From IMG/VR virus record IMGVR_UViG_3300046535_001092, positions 33,164 through 97,163 of that record: DNA of 64,000 nucleotides; one strand, written 5' to 3'. The notes under the pieces are model-generated. The model did not search any database. It worked only from the letters and a program-made list of their open reading frames with translations, and was not told the DNA's origin. A program made the translations under genes and the position numbers. This DNA is from a virus. This document shows positions 9,534-17,465 of this stretch, in pieces; positions within the stretch are counted from its first letter, which is position 1; each line of letters starts with the position of its first letter.

Positions 9534-9785
9534 ATGAACTTCAACTCCAGTGGGCGTATTAAGACCTCTGTCTTAGCTAAGATGGCTAGGTTGAATGCAT
9601 CTGTCTTGAGAGAAGATGGTAGGATTGAGAGGATGTGCAATCATGGGATTGGTCATACTGTTGGCAATGCTGCTGATACTCCTAGAGGTGAGTACTTCTG
9701 GAGCCATGGCTGCGACGGCTGTTGTACAGGATGGGAGAAGGATGATGGGACAGTCTATGAGGCTCTTCAACCTACTGAGGACTGA
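9534..9785 (+). CDS. small Cys/His-rich protein
   Basis: ERMCNHGIGH and HGCDGCC motifs. Confidence 0.65.
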   Translation: MNFNSSGRIKTSVLAKMARLNASVLREDGRIERMCNHGIGHTVGNAADTPRGEYFWSHGCDGCCTGWEKDDGTVYEALQPTED

Positions 9786-9963
9786 GGATGTCTCGGGTGT
9801 GAGTGGAGTGGGAAGGGTAGCTCAAGGAGTGCAATTCCATGATGGTCAGTGTGTTGTCTCATGGTTTGGGGTCTATCATAGTATAGAGGTACATCCCAAT
9901 ATTGAGACTGTAGAGAAGGTTCATGGACATGAAGGAAAGACTAAGGTTGAATGGTTAGACTAA
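9616..9963 (+). CDS. conserved phage protein (DVSGVSG...HGH motif); real start probably near 9745
   Basis: RxFxLxRxEDVSGVSGxGxVAxGVxFxDG...HGHEGKT pattern recurrent in phages. Confidence 0.65.
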   Translation: MVGLRGCAIMGLVILLAMLLILLEVSTSGAMAATAVVQDGRRMMGQSMRLFNLLRTEDVSGVSGVGRVAQGVQFHDGQCVVSWFGVYHSIEVHPNIETVEKVHGHEGKTKVEWLD

Positions 9964-10078
9964 CATCCCCCTGAGCAGGGGGTTAACCGATGGGTGAGGT
10001 GTAACTATTGATTATAGTTGCTATTATCGTGGCGGTGATTGGATTGAGAGTGGTGTTGGAGTATAGAGGAAAGATATA

Positions 10079-10288
10079 ATGCAGTATAAGATAGTTTATA
10101 CACATGGATCATGGTATACGTTTCCATATGAAGTGTATAGAAAGTATAGTTTTGGGTGGGCTATAGTTAACACTTACCTTACTCTAAAAGGAGCCAAGCG
10201 TAAGGTAGCTAAGATCGCTAGAGAAGAAGCTAAAAAGAGTGGTAAGGACTCTGACAGTGAAACTATATGGGAAGGGGTTATCGTATGA
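10079..10288 (+). CDS. hypothetical protein
   Basis: ORF coupled to its neighbours. Confidence 0.6.
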   Translation: MQYKIVYTHGSWYTFPYEVYRKYSFGWAIVNTYLTLKGAKRKVAKIAREEAKKSGKDSDSETIWEGVIV

Positions 10289-10458
10289 GATTAAAGGTTA
10301 GTAGAGACAGTAATCGTAAGGCGTATCTAAGGGTTCCACGCTCACTTCTACGTAAGATTGGAGTTAAGAATGGAGACACCATTAAGGCCGAGTATGTTCA
10401 GTATAGCCTGCCGCATCCTTCAATTGGACCTGGCTACATCACTATCTTTAGAAAGTAA
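10285..10458 (+). CDS. AbrB/MazE-like DNA-binding protein
   Basis: YLRVPRSLLRKIGVKNGDTI swapped-hairpin pattern. Confidence 0.65.
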   Translation: MRLKVSRDSNRKAYLRVPRSLLRKIGVKNGDTIKAEYVQYSLPHPSIGPGYITIFRK

Positions 10459-10466
10459 GGTATCTA

Positions 10467-10628
10467 ATGAACGCTAAGGTTAAGCTCGACTACAAGACAG
10501 GGGAGTACTATTTAGTACTCCCTCCAGAGGTTGTTAATCTCCTTAAGTGGGGAGATGGGACTAAGCTTGTAGTGGATGTCCCTACTACACATAAGGATCA
10601 GATTGTGGTACATAGATATGGTAGCTGA
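10467..10628 (+). CDS. second AbrB/MazE-like protein (53 aa)
   Basis: YLVLPPEVVNLLKWGDGTKLVV; translated by hand. Confidence 0.6.
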   Translation: MNAKVKLDYKTGEYYLVLPPEVVNLLKWGDGTKLVVDVPTTHKDQIVVHRYGS

Positions 10629-10845
10629 GTTTATCCTTAAGTATAATGACGGAAGGGAGGCTATGAGGTTTGCCTTCCACCCTAGGTCATTCTTTAGATG
10701 GTTAGCTACTCCTGGACAGGAGATTATCTGTGAGGATGGATATAAGATTAATGAGATTAGTACTATGTGCCATACACCCCTACAAAGCTCTCTTATAACA
10801 GAGTATATACCTGAAGATCCTGAAGATGATTGGAGAGACTATTAA
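10618..10845 (+). CDS. hypothetical protein
   Basis: ORF; start moved to ATG 10618. Confidence 0.55.
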   Translation: MVAEFILKYNDGREAMRFAFHPRSFFRWLATPGQEIICEDGYKINEISTMCHTPLQSSLITEYIPEDPEDDWRDY

Positions 10846-10983
10846 TGTCTAAATCCTTATGTCCTACATGTAAATTACCGATTAAAAAGGGTGACATCCA
10901 CGGTATAATGGATGCATCTTATTCTATCTACTGTATAGTGTCTATGATTACTACAAATCCTAAGAAACTAGGAGTTATTAAGA

Positions 10984-11211
10984 GTGAGTAGACATAAATA
11001 TGAGGTGTGGTGTAAGGAGTGTGGCTGCATCATGTCTAAGAGAGAAGGGAAGTATGGACAATTCTACGGTTGCACGGGCTATCCTAGATGCAGGAATACG
11101 AGAACTCTTAGGGACGCTGAGGTTGAGGAGACTGAAGAAGATCAATCGCGTCTACGATCAAGGCTGGAGCGTATGGATGACCTCGACACAAATGAAGGAG
11201 AAGAAAGATGA
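10984..11211 (+). CDS. topoisomerase-type C4 zinc-finger protein
   Basis: CKECG..M..REGKYGQFYGCTGYPRC. Confidence 0.8.
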   Translation: MSRHKYEVWCKECGCIMSKREGKYGQFYGCTGYPRCRNTRTLRDAEVEETEEDQSRLRSRLERMDDLDTNEGEER

Positions 11212-11396
11212 TAGACGTTACACAGAAGATTATTGACCTCGCCATCAAGCGTGACATAGAAGGTATGAAGAACACATTAGAGATGGCTGGATGGGATCAG
11301 ATCTCCGTGGAGGGCTTTCTAATCGGCTTCACCCGTGGTCAGTGGCGAGCTTCCTACCCCCTAGAAGTCTACTTTCAAGGAGCATCAAATGTCTGA
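11208..11396 (+). CDS. hypothetical protein
   Basis: ATGA overlap, AGGAG RBS. Confidence 0.65.
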   Translation: MIDVTQKIIDLAIKRDIEGMKNTLEMAGWDQISVEGFLIGFTRGQWRASYPLEVYFQGASNV

Positions 11397-11817
11397 GTCC
11401 CGCCCCCCTGACGACACCCCGCGCCCGAGTGATGGTGATTCGATGGCGTCTGCCGAATATCCGAATAAGGCAGTCCGGTTGGCTCACGAGCCGACCGCGT
11501 GTAAAGCGCCCATCGAGTCGCCTTCCATCGCCCCTGACGACACCCCCACACGCCTCGATGAGATAGAGAAGCGGTGGCAAGATCAGGCCGACATCAATAC
11601 CGACGTGCAATTCCTGCTGGCCGAAGTCTCCCGTCTCCGCGAGGCAGGAAATGAAATAGCTAAGGAGCTACATGCGGCTATCAATGAGCCCATGTATGCC
11701 GGGACTCGGCGGGATTGGATATGGAGAGCACAAACAGCCGAGGCCGAAGTCTCCCGTCTCCAGCAGGAGAATGCCAGACTGTCTGACATCCTTGAACGTT
11801 ACAGCATCGAAGACTAG
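11389..11817 (+). CDS. GC-rich mosaic hypothetical protein with internal repeats (PDDTP x2, AEVSRL x2)
   Basis: AAGGAG RBS; exact 16-bp and 20-bp direct repeats. Confidence 0.65.
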   Translation: MSESRPPDDTPRPSDGDSMASAEYPNKAVRLAHEPTACKAPIESPSIAPDDTPTRLDEIEKRWQDQADINTDVQFLLAEVSRLREAGNEIAKELHAAINEPMYAGTRRDWIWRAQTAEAEVSRLQQENARLSDILERYSIED

Positions 11818-11970
11818 GCTGAGGTGCCTGCCCCCGCAGGGGGCGAGGTGCATCAGCCGGGTCGCCCTCTCATCCTTACCCCACCCGCTCCGCAGCGTGG
11901 GGGGTCTGGGGGGAGCGGAGAAAGCTGGGGGGTACTTAGGGGGGTTTGAGTGAGTTAACTCACACAGTAG

Positions 11971-12038
11971 GGGTGATGGGTCACCCATCAGTGCTGCATG
12001 CCCTTTGTTTGCAGAGAGTTGTGGGTGATGGGTCACCC
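11971..12038. repeat. two copies of GGGTGATGGGTCACCC (11971-11986, 12023-12038)
   Basis: Exact 16-bp repeat 52 bp apart, each with GGGTGA/TCACCC dyad symmetry. Confidence 0.9.
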
Positions 12039-12101
12039 CTCAAAATGCTGATGTAACTCAAAGTGTACTGCGCAGTCGACACCACAACATATGGTGGTTT
12101 G

Positions 12102-12130
12102 TTGACATCTGTGGATGGTCGTGCTATCGT
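12102..12130 (+). promoter_or_regulatory. sigma70-type promoter TTGACA-17-(TG)TATCGT for the helicase operon
   Basis: Perfect -35 box, extended -10 TG. Confidence 0.6.
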
Positions 12131-12210
12131 TTGAAATTCGGAATTTGTAAAGATGTAAATATGCCAAATCAACCTATCGTTATCAACGTTCGACAAAGTG
12201 GGGAGAATGA

Positions 12211-13188
12211 TTGGCAGATACTAAAAGGTTTCTCACCCTTGATGACTTGACACATATGCCTCAACCTCAATGGCTTATCGAAGGTCTCTTCGAAGTTAAT
12301 GGTTTGGTAATGTTGGCTGGTCCTCCAGGTAACTATAAGTCCTTCTTGGCCTTAGACTGGCTTCTTTGTATGTCCACGGGACTCAAGTGGTGTAACAGAT
12401 TGACTACACCGGCAAAGACCCTATATGTGTTAGGTGAGGGTAAGGCATCATTGCTAAAGAGAATGGAGACATGGATCACCTACAATGACCTAGGAGAGCG
12501 AGAGATGGAGAGGCTAAAGGAGAACTTCAGAGTCACCTTTAATGTGCCTCAGATGGCATCCAAGGCCTCCACAGATAACCTCCTGAATGACTTAGAGAAT
12601 GAGAACTTCCATCCCTCTGTCATCGTAATTGATACCTTCGCTAGGTCGTTCGTAGGCCTCGACGAAAATAGTCAAAAGGATACCGGCTTATGGATTGAGA
12701 GTGCTGAGCGTCTAAGGGAAAAGGGGATGGCTGTGATATTCCTACACCATACCAAGAAGAATATGGATTATGGCCTCCAGTATCGTGGTTCGTCTGCTAT
12801 AATGGGAGCCATGGACACAGCTATGGTCCTATCTAAGGATGGTCAATCAGCTAGGGTTGTTCTTAAGGTTGTGAAGCAGAAGGACCATGAGGAAGCTAAG
12901 CCTATGACCTTCATTAGACAGGTCATTGGATCGTCTAGAGAAGAGGGATCAGTTGTGCTAGTCCCTGCCCCCTCTATTGACGAGAGGTTTACTGTCGAGG
13001 GTCAGCATATTGATGAGGTTATCAAGCAATTAATTAGAGATGATACCTTCGAATCCGATCGAGCTAGAAGTCGTATCCTAGTCACAAGTTATGGGTTTAC
13101 TGATAGTGCTGCCCAAAGTCGAGTAGCAGCCATGAAGAAACGAATGGAGAAGGAGAAGGATAATGAGCAAGCCCTTGTCACCAGATGA
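12211..13188 (+). CDS. AAA_25 / RepA-like (SF4) replicative helicase without a primase domain
   Basis: WLIEGL, Walker A GPPGNYKS, Walker B VIVIDT, LHHTKK, RGSSA, KQKD. Confidence 0.88.
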   Translation: MADTKRFLTLDDLTHMPQPQWLIEGLFEVNGLVMLAGPPGNYKSFLALDWLLCMSTGLKWCNRLTTPAKTLYVLGEGKASLLKRMETWITYNDLGEREMERLKENFRVTFNVPQMASKASTDNLLNDLENENFHPSVIVIDTFARSFVGLDENSQKDTGLWIESAERLREKGMAVIFLHHTKKNMDYGLQYRGSSAIMGAMDTAMVLSKDGQSARVVLKVVKQKDHEEAKPMTFIRQVIGSSREEGSVVLVPAPSIDERFTVEGQHIDEVIKQLIRDDTFESDRARSRILVTSYGFTDSAAQSRVAAMKKRMEKEKDNEQALVTR

Positions 13189-13300
13189 CCTAGATTGTCC
13201 TGACTGTGGAACGAAGATGAAGCATAAGTTTACTACGACCTTTTGGACCCGCCACGATACTTATCAGTGTCCTAAATGTGGCAGATGGGAGATGAGATGA
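13163..13300 (+). CDS. 45-aa zinc-ribbon protein (CPDCG...CPKCG)
   Basis: Translated by hand; RBS and ATGA coupling. Confidence 0.65.
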   Translation: MSKPLSPDDLDCPDCGTKMKHKFTTTFWTRHDTYQCPKCGRWEMR

Positions 13301-13623
13301 GTAAACACTACGTAAAGCCTGAGAGTTGCCGCCCCCCTCATAAGGTCACACACCCTGAAGCCGTAGATGACCTATATGAGTCTATTCTAAATGAGGGATG
13401 GAGGGTGGGAGCACCCTCCCTAGTAGGCTACATTGATGACCATAAGATTCAGCTCCTAAGTGGCACACATCGGCATGCAGCTGCCTCTAGAATTAGTGGG
13501 TTCAGGATTCCAGTCTATATCATCAACAAGTCAGCCGTTCAACATTCTGTAGGCAATCCACTAGCGTGGAAGAGAATCATGGAGTTAGGTGATGAAGAAG
13601 GAACAATGGGAATCTTTAGTTAA
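13297..13623 (+). CDS. ParB/Srx N-terminal-domain protein
   Basis: L..SI..EGW, QLLSGTHRHAAA. Confidence 0.75.
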   Translation: MSKHYVKPESCRPPHKVTHPEAVDDLYESILNEGWRVGAPSLVGYIDDHKIQLLSGTHRHAAASRISGFRIPVYIINKSAVQHSVGNPLAWKRIMELGDEEGTMGIFS

Positions 13624-13671
13624 GCTAGTTCTAGCTTTCCTAGTGGGTAACGTTCTCGGTCAAGCATTAGT

Positions 13672-14820
13672 ATGGGGGATAAAGTATTGGAAATAAAGCA
13701 GCTTAGGCTATATTCTAAGTCAAGTGTTGGGGTGGATTGGACCTGTCCTCGTAAGTACTACTATAACTATGAGTATGAAGGTAAGGGGATTGTCTCGCAT
13801 AGTACGTCTTTGCAGTTATTCACTGGTACTAGCTTGCATGATGGGCTGGCTGCTATTGCACTACAGCACATGGCTGGCTCTGTGGATATCGATCTTATTG
13901 GTGAGACTGCTCGGCAGCAGATGCTTGAGGCCCTCCTTCCTAAGACCCAAGGTGAAGTAGATGGTGAGGAATTTGCTATGGAGCAAGCTGCCCTTGTAGA
14001 GGGTCTCCTTAGGGGATTCTATTTGCATGCATGGCCCTTACTTATGCAGCAGTATCCTAATATTAAGATGCTTGAACAGCCCCTTGTGTATAAGCATGAC
14101 GGGGTAGGGATGATGGCTAAACCAGACATTGTCCTCTCAGATAACGATGGAATCAATGTCTATGTCGAATATAAGTCTACGTCTAGTAAGAAAGATACAT
14201 GGATTAATAGCTGGGATACTGCTATCCAGCTCCATTCTACTGTCAAAGCTATTGAAGCAAAGTTAGGAGAGAAGGTTGAAAGTGTCATTGTCCAAGGGCT
14301 TTATAAGGGTTATGAAAGCTACGGTAAGCAATCGTCTCCGTTCTGCTACGCATACAAACGCAACGGTAACCCTCCATTCACGCAGGATCAATACGAGTAT
14401 GCTTACAAGGCCGGGTTCAAGCGGTACCCGACGTGGCAGCTTCCAGGCGGAGTGAAGGAGTGGGTGGAGACTATGCCCTCCCACGTCTTAGCTGAACAGT
14501 TCCCTCAAACTCCTCCTATCTTCATCAATGAACCATTGATTGAGGCCTTCTTTAAGCAGAGAGCCATCAGGGAACATGAGATTCTTACTGCCTCCCAACT
14601 TATGGAGAAGTATAAGGATGATCCTGGTCAGGTCCAATACGAACTTGATAGAGTCTTCCCGCAGAAGTTTGACCAATGTCGTCCATCCTTTGGCTCCCCC
14701 TGCTCCTACCTTAAGTTGTGTCATGGGAGTGTGCAGGATCCTATCGCACAGGGCTACAGTTGGAGAGACACCGAGCATCAGAGTGAGTTTAGAAAGATTG
14801 CAGAAGGGATGACAGACTAA
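13672..14820 (+). CDS. PD-(D/E)xK (Cas4/RecB-like) exonuclease
   Basis: CPRKYYY, GTSLH, KPDIV, EYKST, QL, C-terminal C..C...C; start may be TTG 13687. Confidence 0.85.
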   Translation: MGDKVLEIKQLRLYSKSSVGVDWTCPRKYYYNYEYEGKGIVSHSTSLQLFTGTSLHDGLAAIALQHMAGSVDIDLIGETARQQMLEALLPKTQGEVDGEEFAMEQAALVEGLLRGFYLHAWPLLMQQYPNIKMLEQPLVYKHDGVGMMAKPDIVLSDNDGINVYVEYKSTSSKKDTWINSWDTAIQLHSTVKAIEAKLGEKVESVIVQGLYKGYESYGKQSSPFCYAYKRNGNPPFTQDQYEYAYKAGFKRYPTWQLPGGVKEWVETMPSHVLAEQFPQTPPIFINEPLIEAFFKQRAIREHEILTASQLMEKYKDDPGQVQYELDRVFPQKFDQCRPSFGSPCSYLKLCHGSVQDPIAQGYSWRDTEHQSEFRKIAEGMTD

Positions 14821-14821
14821 G

Positions 14822-15307
14822 ATGCCTACTATTGCAGAGCTATTTACTGTAGGGTTTCCTGCAGTTCTTCAAAATATGAAGGGTGGAAGGAGATGGGTTG
14901 ACCGTGACCTAGAGGCCCTCCAACAGCGTGGGAGAATCCTCCTCCTGCATCATCTAGGTATTCATGTAGAGCTATATAATGATAGGGGACCTAATAGAAT
15001 CTATCCAATAGTAGAAGTTAGAGTCCCTATTGTGTGGACTAAGAGGGATGACAATCAGACTGATAATGAGATTATCAGTCTTACCGCTCGGCTAATTGAG
15101 AATGGTATACACTCCCATGATGATATCCTCCTGGAGAGAATTAGGAATCATAGGGCATATGTAGCTGAGCAATATCGCTACATGATCTCTCAACCTGTAG
15201 AGGTTGAGGGTACTAATGGAGGTATTATGTGCATGCTATCTACAGCTGCAGCCTTTGTCCCAGATGAGACCTCCCTAGACATACCAGAAGAATTTGAGGA
15301 TTACTAA
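14822..15307 (+). CDS. hypothetical protein
   Basis: ORF in operon. Confidence 0.65.
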   Translation: MPTIAELFTVGFPAVLQNMKGGRRWVDRDLEALQQRGRILLLHHLGIHVELYNDRGPNRIYPIVEVRVPIVWTKRDDNQTDNEIISLTARLIENGIHSHDDILLERIRNHRAYVAEQYRYMISQPVEVEGTNGGIMCMLSTAAAFVPDETSLDIPEEFEDY

Positions 15308-15609
15308 TGTCACCAAACCGTAACTATATCGCAGGGAGAGCGTTTGAGTATAAGATCATGGCTCAATGGAAGGCTAAAGATAATATTGTCATGCGAACTG
15401 CTGGCAGTCATGGGCCTTTTGACGTTATTGCTATTGACCCAGGACATGTTTGTACCCTGATCCAATGCAAAAGGGTCGCTAAGATGGGTCAGGCTAATGC
15501 TCTTATTGAGAAGTGGAAGACCAATCCCCCTATCAAACAGGGGAACTATCATTTGTGTCTGGAGGTATATGTGAGTGAGGATAGGGAGCAGATGAGGGTG
15601 GTGCTATGA
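15307..15609 (+). CDS. Holliday junction resolvase (Hjc-like PD-(D/E)xK)
   Basis: GRAFE, RTAGSHGPFDVIA, LIQCK. Confidence 0.8.
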   Translation: MSPNRNYIAGRAFEYKIMAQWKAKDNIVMRTAGSHGPFDVIAIDPGHVCTLIQCKRVAKMGQANALIEKWKTNPPIKQGNYHLCLEVYVSEDREQMRVVL

Positions 15610-15687
15610 TTAAAGGTATATTATTTGTTATAGCTGTAGTAGTGTGGGTTTATGTCTTGGTTACTGGAATTGATGGTGAGGAGTCAG

Positions 15688-16605
15688 ATGTTTAAGTTTA
15701 TTATGAGTAGAGTTGGGTTAGAAGTGTTGGGTGGGGTTGCGGCTACTGTGTTAGGTGTGTGGCTACACTCCCACTTTGGACCTGTTGCTATGCAGGTTGT
15801 GCAGACCACTCCCACAGTTCAGACAGTGTATGTGGATAGACCTACTATTGACACTAAGGTGGTTAATCAGGTAGTGAAGGACCCTAAGGAACAGGCTATC
15901 ATTAAGGAACTATTGTCAGAGAATAGGGCTTTGAAGGTGACTGTTACCACACTTACTGATACTGTGGCTGAGCTTAAACAGACAGGCGGGACTACGAATG
16001 GTGGGGTGATTACCCCTGTTCCAGTGGACACTGCTGCAACAGAACCACTTCCTGCCCATCCCCTGTTCAACTTTAAGGATTGGCAGTTATCAGCCACCTA
16101 TAATGATATTCAGTTTAGTTACACTCTAGATCAGAAGTTTCATATCATCTCCACAACTGGTAGGGAGGTTGATGGTAGGAAGGTTAGTATTGTACAGTTG
16201 TTCCAGGAGGGGCCTAATGGGGAGAGGCTAGCTATCCCGGCCACCACTACAGCCATTCAGTCTGACCTAACTACTAACCATTGGATGTTCAATCCTAGAA
16301 TCCAGGGTGGATTGGCTCTTACCTTTAAGGATAAAGTTAATGAGGCAGGTGGAATCGTAGGCCTACAGTGGCTCAAGTATGGTAAGGGATCATCTGCCGA
16401 GGATGTCTCCCTCTCTCTGCTCACACCTACAGTGTTCCTGTCTAAGTCTATTAGGGAGCTAGGGGTTATGCCTATCTCATATAATCTAGGTCAACTCCCT
16501 CATCAGCCCTTCACCAACTTGTGGGTATCCCCATATATCGGTGTAGTGGATAGCGGGGGTGTGGATATTAGTAGGGTTGGTGTGGTGCTAAGTGCTACAT
16601 TCTAA
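15688..16605 (+). CDS. membrane-anchored coiled-coil protein with C-terminal beta-barrel-like region (spanin-like or outer-membrane protein)
   Basis: N-terminal TM helix, coiled coil, alternating beta strands, terminal Phe (VVLSATF). Confidence 0.55.
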   Translation: MFKFIMSRVGLEVLGGVAATVLGVWLHSHFGPVAMQVVQTTPTVQTVYVDRPTIDTKVVNQVVKDPKEQAIIKELLSENRALKVTVTTLTDTVAELKQTGGTTNGGVITPVPVDTAATEPLPAHPLFNFKDWQLSATYNDIQFSYTLDQKFHIISTTGREVDGRKVSIVQLFQEGPNGERLAIPATTTAIQSDLTTNHWMFNPRIQGGLALTFKDKVNEAGGIVGLQWLKYGKGSSAEDVSLSLLTPTVFLSKSIRELGVMPISYNLGQLPHQPFTNLWVSPYIGVVDSGGVDISRVGVVLSATF

Positions 16606-16617
16606 AGGAGAAAAAGG

Positions 16618-17070
16618 ATGAACGAACTATTACAGGCGACGTTGGATTGGAAGAAGGCTAACCCAGACCCAGAGGATGACTTCTTCTTTGAGAAGGAAGC
16701 TCTAACATTAGGCCAGTGGAACACGGGATCTACTACAGACGAGGCTAGAACCATGACTTGGGGCTACCAATCCCCACACTACGAGGATATCACCAGGTCT
16801 ACTAATCCCTTCTGGAGAAATACTCAGGTTGAGCCTCCTGGTCCTATTGTTCACCTTGACTGGTCTGGCTGGCGGGAGCGAGATAATCTTCCCGGCTTCA
16901 GAGGGAACTGGCAGGCAGTCCTACCAGACGGTGATCTAGTCAACTCTCCAGTAAACATTAGTGCTAGCGACTATAACAATGTTCCCTTTAGGGAGAGAGC
17001 CTATATGAATGCCTTTGAGATTGCTACTAACCTAGTTAGGGAAGCTTACCCTAATGCTAGAATCGGCTAA
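16618..17070 (+). CDS. hypothetical protein
   Basis: AAGGAG RBS. Confidence 0.7.
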   Translation: MNELLQATLDWKKANPDPEDDFFFEKEALTLGQWNTGSTTDEARTMTWGYQSPHYEDITRSTNPFWRNTQVEPPGPIVHLDWSGWRERDNLPGFRGNWQAVLPDGDLVNSPVNISASDYNNVPFRERAYMNAFEIATNLVREAYPNARIG

Positions 17071-17072
17071 GA

Positions 17073-17102
17073 TTGACCCCCTAGCATGCGATGTGCTATA
17101 AT
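17073..17102 (+). promoter_or_regulatory. sigma70-type promoter TTGACC-18-(TG)TATAAT
   Basis: Perfect extended -10; precedes the secreted-protein cassette. Confidence 0.75.
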
Positions 17103-17138
17103 ATAGGTCTTTCGTTAACCTTAAGGAGATAGCTAAGA

Positions 17139-17465
17139 ATGAAGAAACTGTTTGTTATGTTGATGTTACTGGTAAGCACAGCTGTATGTGCTCAAAGTAT
17201 GGTCGTTACTGGAAAGGTTACAAACCTAGTCGCTGTAGCAGTAACTACAGCCGAGGGAGATCAGGTTATTGAGACAGATGTTACAGTTGTCGATTCTAAG
17301 GGGAAGGGTACTACATTTAGGGTTAGAGGAGGAGATCTGAATGGCCTAACCTTAAGAGCTAGTTACGAACAGGTTCCCAAGAAGGGCGAGAATATGAAAG
17401 TTCACCTTGCTATGAAGAACGGTCACTATAGACTAGAGCATGGTCAACAGAGTGTGGAGAAGTAA
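17139..17465 (+). CDS. secreted small beta protein resembling the N-terminal domain of bacterial matrixin-family proteases
   Basis: Signal peptide MKKLFVMLMLLVSTAVCA; VVTGKV..T.VTV..GG..P..GE pattern. Confidence 0.55.
   Translation: MKKLFVMLMLLVSTAVCAQSMVVTGKVTNLVAVAVTTAEGDQVIETDVTVVDSKGKGTTFRVRGGDLNGLTLRASYEQVPKKGENMKVHLAMKNGHYRLEHGQQSVEK

Larger units (their letters stand above)
11817..12205. other. putative replication origin / structured non-coding region
   Basis: Largest intergenic gap; GCA-triloop hairpin, four G6 tracts, palindromes, 16-bp direct repeat, AT-rich tract; directly upstream of the helicase. Confidence 0.55.

Noticed and set aside
9967-9982. Short C-rich/G-rich hairpins (also near 8136 and 18712) as a family of phage promoters
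   Set aside because: Loops and flanks differ, no consensus is evident, and no phage RNA polymerase is in the window
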